Source: a virus (lineage: Duplodnaviria > Caudoviricetes). From it: DNA of 36,700 bases. Positions 9,771-17,453 of this stretch are shown in pieces; the first letter of the stretch is position 1, and every line of letters starts with the position of its first letter. The position numbers and the translations under genes were made by a program. The notes beneath the pieces were generated by a model. It was not told the DNA's origin and searched no databases. It worked only from the letters and a program-made list of their open reading frames with translations. The stretch is taken from the IMG/VR virus record IMGVR_UViG_3300025718_000124, positions 1 through 36,700 of that record. One strand, 5' to 3'.

Positions 9771-10511
9771 ATGAAATTACAAGTATTAGAATCTAGCAGT
9801 GCAGGTAACTGCTACATATTAGAAACAAAAACAGACAAGCTTATAATCGATGCTGGGATATCATATAAGGAAGTTCAAAAAGGTCTAAATTTCAATTTTA
9901 AAGGTGTGGTGGGTACATTAGTTACCCACGAACACCAAGACCATTGTAAAGCAGTTAAGGACCTTATTAAAAATAGTATAAATGTATACATGAGTAAAGG
10001 AACAGCTAAAGCATTAAAATTAGAATCACATCGAATAAAACATGTTAGCAGCTTGAAACAATTTGATATAGGAGATTTTACAATATTACCATTTGAAACA
10101 GAACATGATTGTGCAGAGCCATTAGGATTTTTAATACAATACAAACCTACAGGAGAAAAAGTTCTATATGCAACAGATACATATTACTTAAAATATAAGT
10201 TTAATAATCTAAATTATTTACTATTAGAATGCAACTACATTACCGATATAGTTAAACAAAACCTACAAGATGAGAGTTTACATAGTGGATTATACAAAAG
10301 GACTTTAAGAAGTCACTTCAGCTTAGAAAATGTATTAGAATTTTTAAAAAGTAATGATTTAACTCAGGTAAGGAAGATAGTAATTATTCACTTATCAGAC
10401 CGAAATAGTGATTACAAAAGAATGAAATTAGAAATTGAAAGATTAACAAAAAAAGAGGTTATTGTAGCAGATAAAAACATGGCCATAAATTTAGAATTAT
10501 ATGACTTTTAG
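9771..10511 (+). CDS. Metallo-beta-lactamase-fold hydrolase (phage exonuclease partner of RecT)
   Basis: SSSAGNCY, IDAG, THEHQDH, HDC, ATDT and IHLS motifs. Confidence 0.88.
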   Translation: MKLQVLESSSAGNCYILETKTDKLIIDAGISYKEVQKGLNFNFKGVVGTLVTHEHQDHCKAVKDLIKNSINVYMSKGTAKALKLESHRIKHVSSLKQFDIGDFTILPFETEHDCAEPLGFLIQYKPTGEKVLYATDTYYLKYKFNNLNYLLLECNYITDIVKQNLQDESLHSGLYKRTLRSHFSLENVLEFLKSNDLTQVRKIVIIHLSDRNSDYKRMKLEIERLTKKEVIVADKNMAINLELYDF

Positions 10512-10520
10512 ACAAGAGGT

Positions 10521-11150
10521 GTGATAATGAAAGAGAGTTTTATTTTATATACTAAACAAAAAGAAGTGGTAGATATGCTTACTGATGAAGAAGCAGGAAA
10601 GCTATTCAAAGCAATTTATGAGTATGAAACTTCAGGCGGTATTGTTGAACTATCATATACCTTAAAACTTATATTTATTCCAATCAAACAGACTTTAGAT
10701 AGAAATAAAGAAAAATATGAAAATGTGATTGAAAGAAATAGATTAAACGGACTTAAAGGTGGTAGACCAAAGAAACCCAATGGGTTAGAAGATAACCCAA
10801 AAAACCCAAGTGGTTATTTGGGAACCCAAGAAAACCCAGAAGAACCCAAAAAAGCCGATAATGATAATGATAATGATAATGATAATGATAATGATATTCT
10901 ATGTCACTTTAAAAAAATCGGAATTTTTTGTGGGGATATAAAATTATTAGATTCAATACCTGCAGCTAAAGAAGAAGTATTGCTTTATCAAAGTGTTGTA
11001 AGGGAATTATATATAAATAAAAATATAGATGTGTTAAATACTCTAAATGTTGATATTTTAACTGGTATTTATGAAAAAACAAAAGGCAAAGCCAATAATA
11101 ATCCAGTGGGTTATTTTATATCGACATTGATAGATGAAAATTATAAATAG
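10521..11150 (+). CDS. Replication initiator-like protein (DUF6291-like N-terminus)
   Basis: ESFILY...LTDEEAGKLFKAIYEY...NGLKGGRP; internal repeats; position after recT and MBL genes. Confidence 0.75.
   Translation: MIMKESFILYTKQKEVVDMLTDEEAGKLFKAIYEYETSGGIVELSYTLKLIFIPIKQTLDRNKEKYENVIERNRLNGLKGGRPKKPNGLEDNPKNPSGYLGTQENPEEPKKADNDNDNDNDNDNDILCHFKKIGIFCGDIKLLDSIPAAKEEVLLYQSVVRELYINKNIDVLNTLNVDILTGIYEKTKGKANNNPVGYFISTLIDENYK
10771..10895 (+). repeat. Putative phage origin: clustered AACCCA iterons followed by (GATAAT)6
   Basis: Six AACCCA copies in 10771-10850, then six tandem GATAAT plus GAT at 10857-10895. Confidence 0.65.
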
Positions 11151-11165
11151 AAATGAGGAAATATT

Positions 11166-11429
11166 ATGAGTAATTCATATGAAATTATAGATTATAACTT
11201 AAATGATAATGAGAAAAATATATTAGATCAAATAAATGAGCTTGAAGATGAAAGTCGTGAGTTAAACAAAAATTATTTAGAAATTAAGGACAAATTAAGA
11301 AGTAGTAAGGCAAAAGACAAAGATATTCCTAAACTTGAAGGTAAATTGATAAATATAAAATTTGCACATGGAGCTATAATGAGAAAACGTAACAAGCTGC
11401 AGGAAGAGTTGTATGGTAACGTATCATGA
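11166..11429 (+). CDS. Hypothetical coiled-coil protein
   Basis: ORF track; GAGG RBS. Confidence 0.65.
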   Translation: MSNSYEIIDYNLNDNEKNILDQINELEDESRELNKNYLEIKDKLRSSKAKDKDIPKLEGKLINIKFAHGAIMRKRNKLQEELYGNVS

Positions 11430-11824
11430 GTAGAGCAATAATATGCATAGAAGAAGCAATTGAGATATGCGAAATGTACAGAGCTAACAATAGTAACTTT
11501 GATGAAGAACTAGCAAATGCAATAGATACAGTATTAACTGAATTGTCAAAAAGTTATTCAACTAACTGTAATAAATGTAATTCATTAATAATCTATGATG
11601 GTAAAATAACTAAAAGTGATAAATGTTATTGTGTAAGATGTTTTGATGATAAAGATAAAGTAATAGAAGAGCTAAAAGAAAAATTACATATATCTAAACA
11701 GATAAATAAAATAGCAAAATATACAGTAGATAATAAAGATAAACAAATAGAACAACTACAAAAAGAAAAAATAGAAGCGTATCATTTAGGATATGAAGAT
11801 TGCAACGATATAGAAAAAAATTAG
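11426..11824 (+). CDS. Hypothetical protein with CxxC...CxxC
   Basis: ORF track; ATGA overlap with the previous gene. Confidence 0.65.
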   Translation: MSRAIICIEEAIEICEMYRANNSNFDEELANAIDTVLTELSKSYSTNCNKCNSLIIYDGKITKSDKCYCVRCFDDKDKVIEELKEKLHISKQINKIAKYTVDNKDKQIEQLQKEKIEAYHLGYEDCNDIEKN

Positions 11825-11837
11825 TGGAGGTGTAGAT

Positions 11838-12008
11838 ATGGGTAAAAATGAATTAGATGAAATAAGAAAAAGTTTAGAAAATTTAAAAAGTCATTATATA
11901 AATAAATTTGAATACGAATCTAATGCAATTAATGAAAATAAAATGTTAGATCATATAAAAGAATTAAATAACTTAATAGATGCTACAAATGCAATTAATA
12001 CTTACTAG
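11838..12008 (+). CDS. Hypothetical protein (56 aa)
   Basis: GGAGGTG RBS; MGKNELDEIRKSLENLKS... Confidence 0.6.
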   Translation: MGKNELDEIRKSLENLKSHYINKFEYESNAINENKMLDHIKELNNLIDATNAINTY

Positions 12009-12023
12009 AAATTGGAGACTAAT

Positions 12024-12393
12024 ATGAATAATAGAATGACAGTTGCTGAATATCAAGAGTACCTGGTGAAACAAAAGCCAGGTAAATATAATAACATAAA
12101 GACTGAAATTGATGGAATAAAGTTTGATAGCACTAAAGAAGCTAATCGTTATTGTGAGCTAAAATTGCTATTAAGAGCAGGAAAGATAGCTAATTTACGC
12201 AGACAAGTAAGATTTTTGCTAATACCAGGAAGCATAAAGGAAAGACCAATGTACTATGTAGCTGACTTCGTTTATGATGAAGAGGGACAAACTATAGTCG
12301 AAGATGTAAAGCGGATTTAAAACACAAGTTTACATAAACAAAAGAAAAATATTTAAAGAAAAGTACCCAGATATTGTGTTTAGAGAAACATAA
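12024..12393 (+). CDS. DUF1064-family (PD-(D/E)xK-like) nuclease; needs +1 frameshift at CGG 12312
   Basis: KYNN...DGIKFDSTKEA..Y..L, YVADFVY; VEDVK joins GFKTQVYINKRKIFKEKYP in frame +1. Confidence 0.88.
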
Positions 12394-12440
12394 TGGACTA
12401 ACGATTGCTAACAATGTATATATAAGGAGGAATGAGTTAA

Positions 12441-12581
12441 ATGGATAAAGCAACATTAATAAAAATAATTGAAGATATAGACATGAAGGATATAAATGAA
12501 GTAAAAATAGAGTACGTAGTTGAAAAAAGTTGGTTGTTTAATAATAACGATAAAACTGAAATAATTGAAATTAAAAAATAG
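12441..12581 (+). CDS. Hypothetical protein (46 aa)
   Basis: AAGGAGG RBS; MDKATLIKIIEDID... Confidence 0.55.
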   Translation: MDKATLIKIIEDIDMKDINEVKIEYVVEKSWLFNNNDKTEIIEIKK

Positions 12582-12593
12582 GAGGAAAAGTAT

Positions 12594-12899
12594 ATGGCTA
12601 AATGGCATACAGAGACAGAGTTTCACGGATACACAGATAAAGAATATGAAATAGGACAAGAAGTATGGGGAATTGGATATAACAGTAAAATCAAAAAACA
12701 TATTCCAATTAAAATGATAATAACAGAAAAAAGTATAGAAGCAGGAATATGGAAATATAAATATAGCTTTAAATTTGAAGATAAAAATTTATCAGAAACC
12801 GATTATTTTAATAAAAAACCCGAATATATTAATAAAGAAGATGCAATAAATAGATCAAATAAATTAAATGAATATTATGAAAGTTTCGAGGACAAGTAG
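12594..12899 (+). CDS. Hypothetical protein
   Basis: ORF track; AGGAGG RBS. Confidence 0.7.
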   Translation: MAKWHTETEFHGYTDKEYEIGQEVWGIGYNSKIKKHIPIKMIITEKSIEAGIWKYKYSFKFEDKNLSETDYFNKKPEYINKEDAINRSNKLNEYYESFEDK

Positions 12900-12900
12900 T

Positions 12901-13083
12901 ATGAGTGGATTAATGATATTTATAATAATAGTTGTAGGTATAATATTTACATATGCAGCTATTGTAAATTTAGCTAAAGAAATTACAATACAAAAACTTT
13001 GCGAAGGTAAAACTACCGAAGAGATAAAACAGATCATAATACAATATACAGTGCTAGAAAATAACAGGAACAGAAAGCAATAA
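12901..13083 (+). CDS. Small membrane protein
   Basis: ATG at 12901 after GAGG; one TM segment. Confidence 0.55.
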   Translation: MSGLMIFIIIVVGIIFTYAAIVNLAKEITIQKLCEGKTTEEIKQIIIQYTVLENNRNRKQ

Positions 13084-13103
13084 TTTATAGGAGGTAAATT
13101 AAT

Positions 13104-13298
13104 ATGTTTGATTGTAACAAATGTAAATATCTAAATTTAAAAGAATCTGAACAAACAAGTCGTAAAAAGCTACACGTATGTTTGAAATATAAAAAGAGAG
13201 TTTTACATAGAGATAATACTTATGATTACCATCCAAAATTAGTACCTTGTGAAGAATGTAATCAGCTTATTGCGAGGTTAGCTAATTTAATTAGATAA
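13104..13298 (+). CDS. Cys-rich hypothetical protein
   Basis: GGAGGT RBS; CNKC...C...CEEC. Confidence 0.65.
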   Translation: MFDCNKCKYLNLKESEQTSRKKLHVCLKYKKRVLHRDNTYDYHPKLVPCEECNQLIARLANLIR

Positions 13299-13311
13299 AG
13301 GAGAAGTAGAT

Positions 13312-13464
13312 ATGAATAAACTATTAGATATATTAAAGTATATATTTATAATAATTGTAGCAATGCTGACAATAGTATCTATATTAATAACACTTGGAAT
13401 TAATACATATGATAAATTTGGGTATAAAGTTTTAGAAGCAATAGTTGAGATAGTTGGACAGTAG
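13312..13464 (+). CDS. Small membrane protein (50 aa)
   Basis: AAGGAG RBS; hydrophobic N-terminal half. Confidence 0.55.
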   Translation: MNKLLDILKYIFIIIVAMLTIVSILITLGINTYDKFGYKVLEAIVEIVGQ

Positions 13465-13483
13465 GACAAGCATAGGAGGGTAT

Positions 13484-13636
13484 ATGAAAAGTTGTTCAAA
13501 ATGTAATGAAAAATTATTTTTAAATGATGAATATGACGCTTACTATTGCGCATATTGCAACGAGTGGATTGAAAAGAAATGTAGCTCTGAGAGTTGTGAA
13601 TATTGCCGAGAAAGGCCAGATAAACCGATAAATTAG
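13484..13636 (+). CDS. Cys-rich zinc-finger protein
   Basis: GGAGG RBS; CSKC...YDAYYCAYCNEW...C...CEYC..RP. Confidence 0.7.
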   Translation: MKSCSKCNEKLFLNDEYDAYYCAYCNEWIEKKCSSESCEYCRERPDKPIN

Positions 13637-13651
13637 TAGGAGGATAAATAT

Positions 13652-14074
13652 ATGGATAAAAAAATATTAGCTCAATATTGCGATATCCGTGCAGAGGTTA
13701 AAGATTTAGAAAAAAGGATAAGTACATTTGAAAATCAAAGAAGTAAAATAGTTGTAGATAATGTAAGAGGATCATCTGCTGAATTTCCATATGTAGAACA
13801 TAATTTTGTAATTGAAGGTGTAGCAGCATATAGACCTAATGCTACTTTCAATAAAAATAAAAAGATATTAAAAGAAGCATACCATAAGTTGCTGGAGATG
13901 AAAACGAGTGTAGAAGAATATATAGAAACGATACCATATAGCAGGATTAGAAGGATTTTTAGATACAGATACATAGATGATAAAAACTGGACACAGATAG
14001 GACATATGATGGGTGGAAACTCAACAGTACATAGTGTAAGAATGGAACATAATAGATTTTTAGATAAAATTTGA
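13652..14074 (+). CDS. ArpU/RinA-like late transcriptional activator (sigma region-4-like HTH)
   Basis: RRIFRYRYIDDKNWTQIG pattern; last gene before the late promoter. Confidence 0.8.
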   Translation: MDKKILAQYCDIRAEVKDLEKRISTFENQRSKIVVDNVRGSSAEFPYVEHNFVIEGVAAYRPNATFNKNKKILKEAYHKLLEMKTSVEEYIETIPYSRIRRIFRYRYIDDKNWTQIGHMMGGNSTVHSVRMEHNRFLDKI

Positions 14075-14076
14075 TA

Positions 14077-14111
14077 TTTGTTCACTTTGTTCGGTTGTTA
14101 TATGTTATAAT
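14077..14111 (+). promoter_or_regulatory. Putative late promoter with activator-binding direct repeat
   Basis: TTTGTTC twice (14077, 14086) in place of a -35; extended -10 TG-T-TATAAT 14103-14111. Confidence 0.6.
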
Positions 14112-14160
14112 GTGTATAAGTCGAATTATCGAATATTGATTTCGAAGTTTGGAAATTAAC

Positions 14161-14189
14161 AAAAGTAGTCTTTAATAGGCTACTTTTTT
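14161..14189 (+). terminator. Intrinsic terminator (copy 1 of 3 related hairpins)
   Basis: AAAAGTAGTCT-TTAAT-AGGCTACTTTTTT. Confidence 0.7.
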
Positions 14190-14200
14190 CTTATGTATAT

Positions 14201-14276
14201 GCTTTTTTAGCTCATCTGGTAGAGCAACGGTCTTGTAAACCGTAGGTAGTCTGTTCGAGTCAGACAAGAAGCTCCA
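14201..14276 (+). tRNA. tRNA-Thr(UGU)
   Basis: Full cloverleaf: acceptor GCTTTTT/AAGAAGC, D arm GCTC/GAGC, ACGGT-CT TGT AA-ACCGT, GTCTG-TTCGAGT-CAGAC, encoded CCA. Confidence 0.93.
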
Positions 14277-14514
14277 TAGGTAGGTTGTCAGTATATCATG
14301 AATTTGGGAACTGTCGTCCTGTATATCGAGTACAAGTTATTGTTGCAGAGATATTATAAGTATGTCATAGTAATGAAACAACAGCTTGTACGTACCCTAG
14401 TAGAATGCAGAGAAGATATATAACAAATTAACTAAATAAAAAATAATGATGTTTTATAGGCGTGAAATTTTACTATATAGAAATACAATGGTATAATTAT
14501 GTAGGGTGATTAAT

Positions 14515-14658
14515 ATGAATGAAGAACAAGAATTAAATGAAGAGTTAAAGGAAATAGCTAAAAATTTTCCTAAACAAACAGACTCGATATTTTACTTAAA
14601 AGATGATACTAGTAATATATACTCATTAGGTCAAACTTTAAAAGACAAAAGCAAATAG
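14515..14658 (+). CDS. Moron-type small protein (47 aa)
   Basis: TTTACT-17-TATAAT promoter (14469-14497), AGGGTG RBS, terminator downstream. Confidence 0.6.
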   Translation: MNEEQELNEELKEIAKNFPKQTDSIFYLKDDTSNIYSLGQTLKDKSK

Positions 14659-14667
14659 TAAAAGAAT

Positions 14668-14693
14668 AAAACAGTCTTAACAGGCTGTTTTTT
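14668..14693 (+). terminator. Intrinsic terminator (copy 2)
   Basis: AAAACAGTCT-TAAC-AGGCTGTTTTTT. Confidence 0.7.
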
Positions 14694-14699
14694 ATGTAT

Positions 14700-14772
14700 G
14701 TAGGAGTAGCTCAATAGGTAGAGCATCAATTTTATTGAAAGGAGTAGGATCACATTACCTACCTCTTACCCA
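14700..14772 (+). ncRNA. Aberrant tRNA-like element (collapsed anticodon loop, non-canonical T loop)
   Basis: Acceptor GTAGGAG/CTCTTAC, D arm TAGCTCAATAGGTAGAGC, TCAAT-TTT-ATTGA, GTAGG-ATCACATTA-CCTAC, then CCA. Confidence 0.65.
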
Positions 14773-14894
14773 TTTTTTATGTATTAACCTCTTATGAATA
14801 GTAGAGCAATTTTGAATAGATTGCTATATATATATTATATTTTGACATATTTCGACATAAAAAGTCGAATTGTAGTGTTAAAATGTTATAGGAG

Positions 14895-15188
14895 GTGAGA
14901 AAAATGAATTATCCTGATGAAAAAAATTATGAAAATATAAAAAACAAATATAACTTAGTTCTGGAAAGTTTAAAAAGTGATGAAGTACAGATAATTGAAG
15001 AAATGCTAAATAATCAAGCTGAATATAATATACTATGCGATTTCAAAGATGAAAGTTGTAAAATTAGAGTTGATGAACTGGATAAAGTGCAAGTTGAGCA
15101 AGAAAATAAATTAGAAAATATTAGACTTGAAACAATATTAACTCAGAGAATAGTTAATAATGCCGCAAATAAAATTATGCAGTGTTAA
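14895..15188 (+). CDS. Moron-type acidic hypothetical protein
   Basis: AGGAGGTG RBS (start likely ATG 14904); own promoter and terminator. Confidence 0.65.
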   Translation: MRKMNYPDEKNYENIKNKYNLVLESLKSDEVQIIEEMLNNQAEYNILCDFKDESCKIRVDELDKVQVEQENKLENIRLETILTQRIVNNAANKIMQC

Positions 15189-15190
15189 TT

Positions 15191-15218
15191 AAAGCAGCCT
15201 TAAACAGGCTGTTTTTTT
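15191..15218 (+). terminator. Intrinsic terminator (copy 3)
   Basis: AAAGCAGCCT-TAAAC-AGGCTGTTTTTTT. Confidence 0.7.
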
Positions 15219-15241
15219 ATACCCATTTAGAGGTGATACGA

Positions 15242-15439
15242 ATGAAACAGAGTAGAAATGAAATATATGAAGATATAATTAGAGAAGCAGAATCAAAGAA
15301 AAAACAACAGTTAAACATTATAAATAAGCGTTGTTGTCCAGAATGTGGAAACAGTGGAGAAGGTTGTTTAAACTTAGCACATATACTAAAAGATGGCATT
15401 GAAATATATAAGTGTATAAATTATTTGAAAAATAAATGA
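15242..15439 (+). CDS. Small Cys-containing protein
   Basis: GAGGTG RBS then ATG 15242; CPECG...C...C. Confidence 0.6.
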   Translation: MKQSRNEIYEDIIREAESKKKQQLNIINKRCCPECGNSGEGCLNLAHILKDGIEIYKCINYLKNK

Positions 15440-15448
15440 GGTGATACT

Positions 15449-15697
15449 GTGGAAAATCCAAATGCAATGATAAAGAAATTATTATTTGTATTAAATAGAT
15501 TAGATGTGAACTATAAAATGAGTACAACACAGTATTATAACAAAGATAGAGATAAGATGACAACAAAGTATACAATATATCAGATTCATCCTAAGAGTGA
15601 TGGAGAAGATTTTTATAGTTCTACTGATGTAGTCATATTTTTAGCTAAAGAATATAAATATGAAAAACAAATAAAGGCAGGTGAAGGAAGTGGATAA
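15449..15697 (+). CDS. Hypothetical protein upstream of terminase
   Basis: GAGGTG RBS; ORF track. Confidence 0.65.
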   Translation: MENPNAMIKKLLFVLNRLDVNYKMSTTQYYNKDRDKMTTKYTIYQIHPKSDGEDFYSSTDVVIFLAKEYKYEKQIKAGEGSG

Positions 15698-16119
15698 TGA
15701 AGATAAGAAAATAACCAAGAAGCAGGAGTTGTTCTGTCATTACTATATAGAGACATTAAATCGGTTCTGAAGCTTATTCAAAAGCATATTCTAATGAAAA
15801 TCCAAATTCATGTAAAGTAAATGCTTGCAGACTCCTTAAAAAACCCGAGATAAGATCCTTTATAAAAGAAGTGTTAGCTGAAAAAAGTAATGAGATAGTA
15901 GCTGATCAGAATGAAGTATTAATTTATTTAACTGAAGTAATGAGAGGTAATATCAAGGACCAATTTGAGTTAGATGCACCACTAAAAGAAAGAAACAAAG
16001 CGGCTGAACTATTAGGAAAACGTTATGCGTTATTTGTAGATGTTAAAGATGATAAATCTGAAGAAAAGAAAAATACCATATTAGGCGATATACTTAATCA
16101 AATAAAAAATAAGAAGTAG
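15690..16119 (+). CDS. terS: Terminase small subunit; needs +1 frameshift at CGG 15762
   Basis: ITKKQELFCHYYIETLN (frame 0) plus GSEAYSKAY...ACRLLKKPEI...EVLIYLTEVMRG...KAAELLGKRYALF (frame +1) gives the Terminase_2 pattern. Confidence 0.9.
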
Positions 16120-16128
16120 GCGATAAGA

Positions 16129-17451
16129 TTGAAATTATCACCTAAGTATTTAGATTTTCTTGAAACAAATGCAAAAAAAGAGTTTTTAGAAGGTACTACT
16201 GCTGCAGGTAAAACAACAGTAGGCTCGTTTAAATTTATGTTAGAAGTCGCTAACAGTAATATAAAGCATCATATTATTGCAGCTGATGATTTAGGTACAG
16301 CTGAAAAGAATATAATAAATCCAGAATTAGGTATACTAGACGTATTTAGCGATGAAAATGGAACTGTTAAATATTATTCTAGTGGTAGTGGTGGAATAAA
16401 GATACCTCACATTAAGTATATAACACCAAATGGTATAAAAATAATATATGTTTGTGGCTATGGAGATAAGTCAAGATGGAAAAAAGTTTTAGGTGGACAA
16501 GTTGGATGTGTTTATGTAGATGAAGTAAATATAGCGGATATGGAGTTCATAAGAGAAATATCACATAGATGTAAATATTTTATTGCAACACTTAATCCAG
16601 ACGATCCAAATTTACCAATATACAAAGATTATATAAATTGTAGTAGACCATTAGAAAAATATAAAAAATATTATCCAGAAGAACTATTGAAGCAATTAGA
16701 CGAAGTGGAAAAAGAGGGATGGATACACTGGTATTTTACTTTTACTGATAATATGGGATTAACTGAAGAAGATATAAAAGAAAAGAAAGATGCAGTACCA
16801 CAAGGAACTAAAATGTACAGGAATAAAATTTTAGGATTACGTGGTAAATCAACTGGTCTTGTACTTGACTTACAAAACAAACAAATTATAACTGCAGAGC
16901 AAGCTAAAAAATATGAGTTTGTTCTTTTTTCGTGTGGTGTAGATACATCTTATTCAAAAAATACAAAAGATACATTTGCATTTGTGTTTTCAGGTATAAC
17001 AAAATGTCGTAAAAAAATAACATTAGATGTAAAGGTGTATAACAATAAGGATTTAGTAAAACCAATAGCACCAAGTGATATTCCTGAACTACTTATAATA
17101 TTTTTAGAATACAACAGACTAGTATGGGGATTTGCAAAAGATGTATATATAGATAGTGCAGATCAAGCAACTATAACAGAACTAGAAAAATACAAAAGAT
17201 TGCATGGTAGTATATATAATTTTATTGGTGCTTGGAAAAAGTTAAAAATAATTGATAGATTAAGTTTACAAAGAGGTTGGATGGCACATGGATATTATCT
17301 TATATTAGATATATGTAAACCGAATATAGACGAAATGAATGTTTATAGTTGGAAAGAAGATAAATCTAACGAACCAGAAGATGGAAATGACCATACAATA
17401 AATGCAGACCAGTACAGCTGGATACCTTACAAAGATAAAATAGGGGGATAA
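16129..17451 (+). CDS. terL: Terminase large subunit
   Basis: EGTTAAGKT Walker A, VYVDE Walker B, TLNPD, CGVD and DSAD nuclease motifs, NDHTINA. Confidence 0.92.
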   Translation: MKLSPKYLDFLETNAKKEFLEGTTAAGKTTVGSFKFMLEVANSNIKHHIIAADDLGTAEKNIINPELGILDVFSDENGTVKYYSSGSGGIKIPHIKYITPNGIKIIYVCGYGDKSRWKKVLGGQVGCVYVDEVNIADMEFIREISHRCKYFIATLNPDDPNLPIYKDYINCSRPLEKYKKYYPEELLKQLDEVEKEGWIHWYFTFTDNMGLTEEDIKEKKDAVPQGTKMYRNKILGLRGKSTGLVLDLQNKQIITAEQAKKYEFVLFSCGVDTSYSKNTKDTFAFVFSGITKCRKKITLDVKVYNNKDLVKPIAPSDIPELLIIFLEYNRLVWGFAKDVYIDSADQATITELEKYKRLHGSIYNFIGAWKKLKIIDRLSLQRGWMAHGYYLILDICKPNIDEMNVYSWKEDKSNEPEDGNDHTINADQYSWIPYKDKIGG

Positions 17452-17453
17452 AC

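Noticed and set aside
10771-10895. CRISPR array or DGR repeat
   Set aside because: The repeats are short, in-frame and lack spacers; no cas or reverse transcriptase gene is in the window.
14201-14772. Phage tRNAs as the frameshift suppressor
   Set aside because: tRNA-Thr has a normal 7-nt loop and the aberrant element has no CCG/NCC anticodon; any decoder must be host-encoded.
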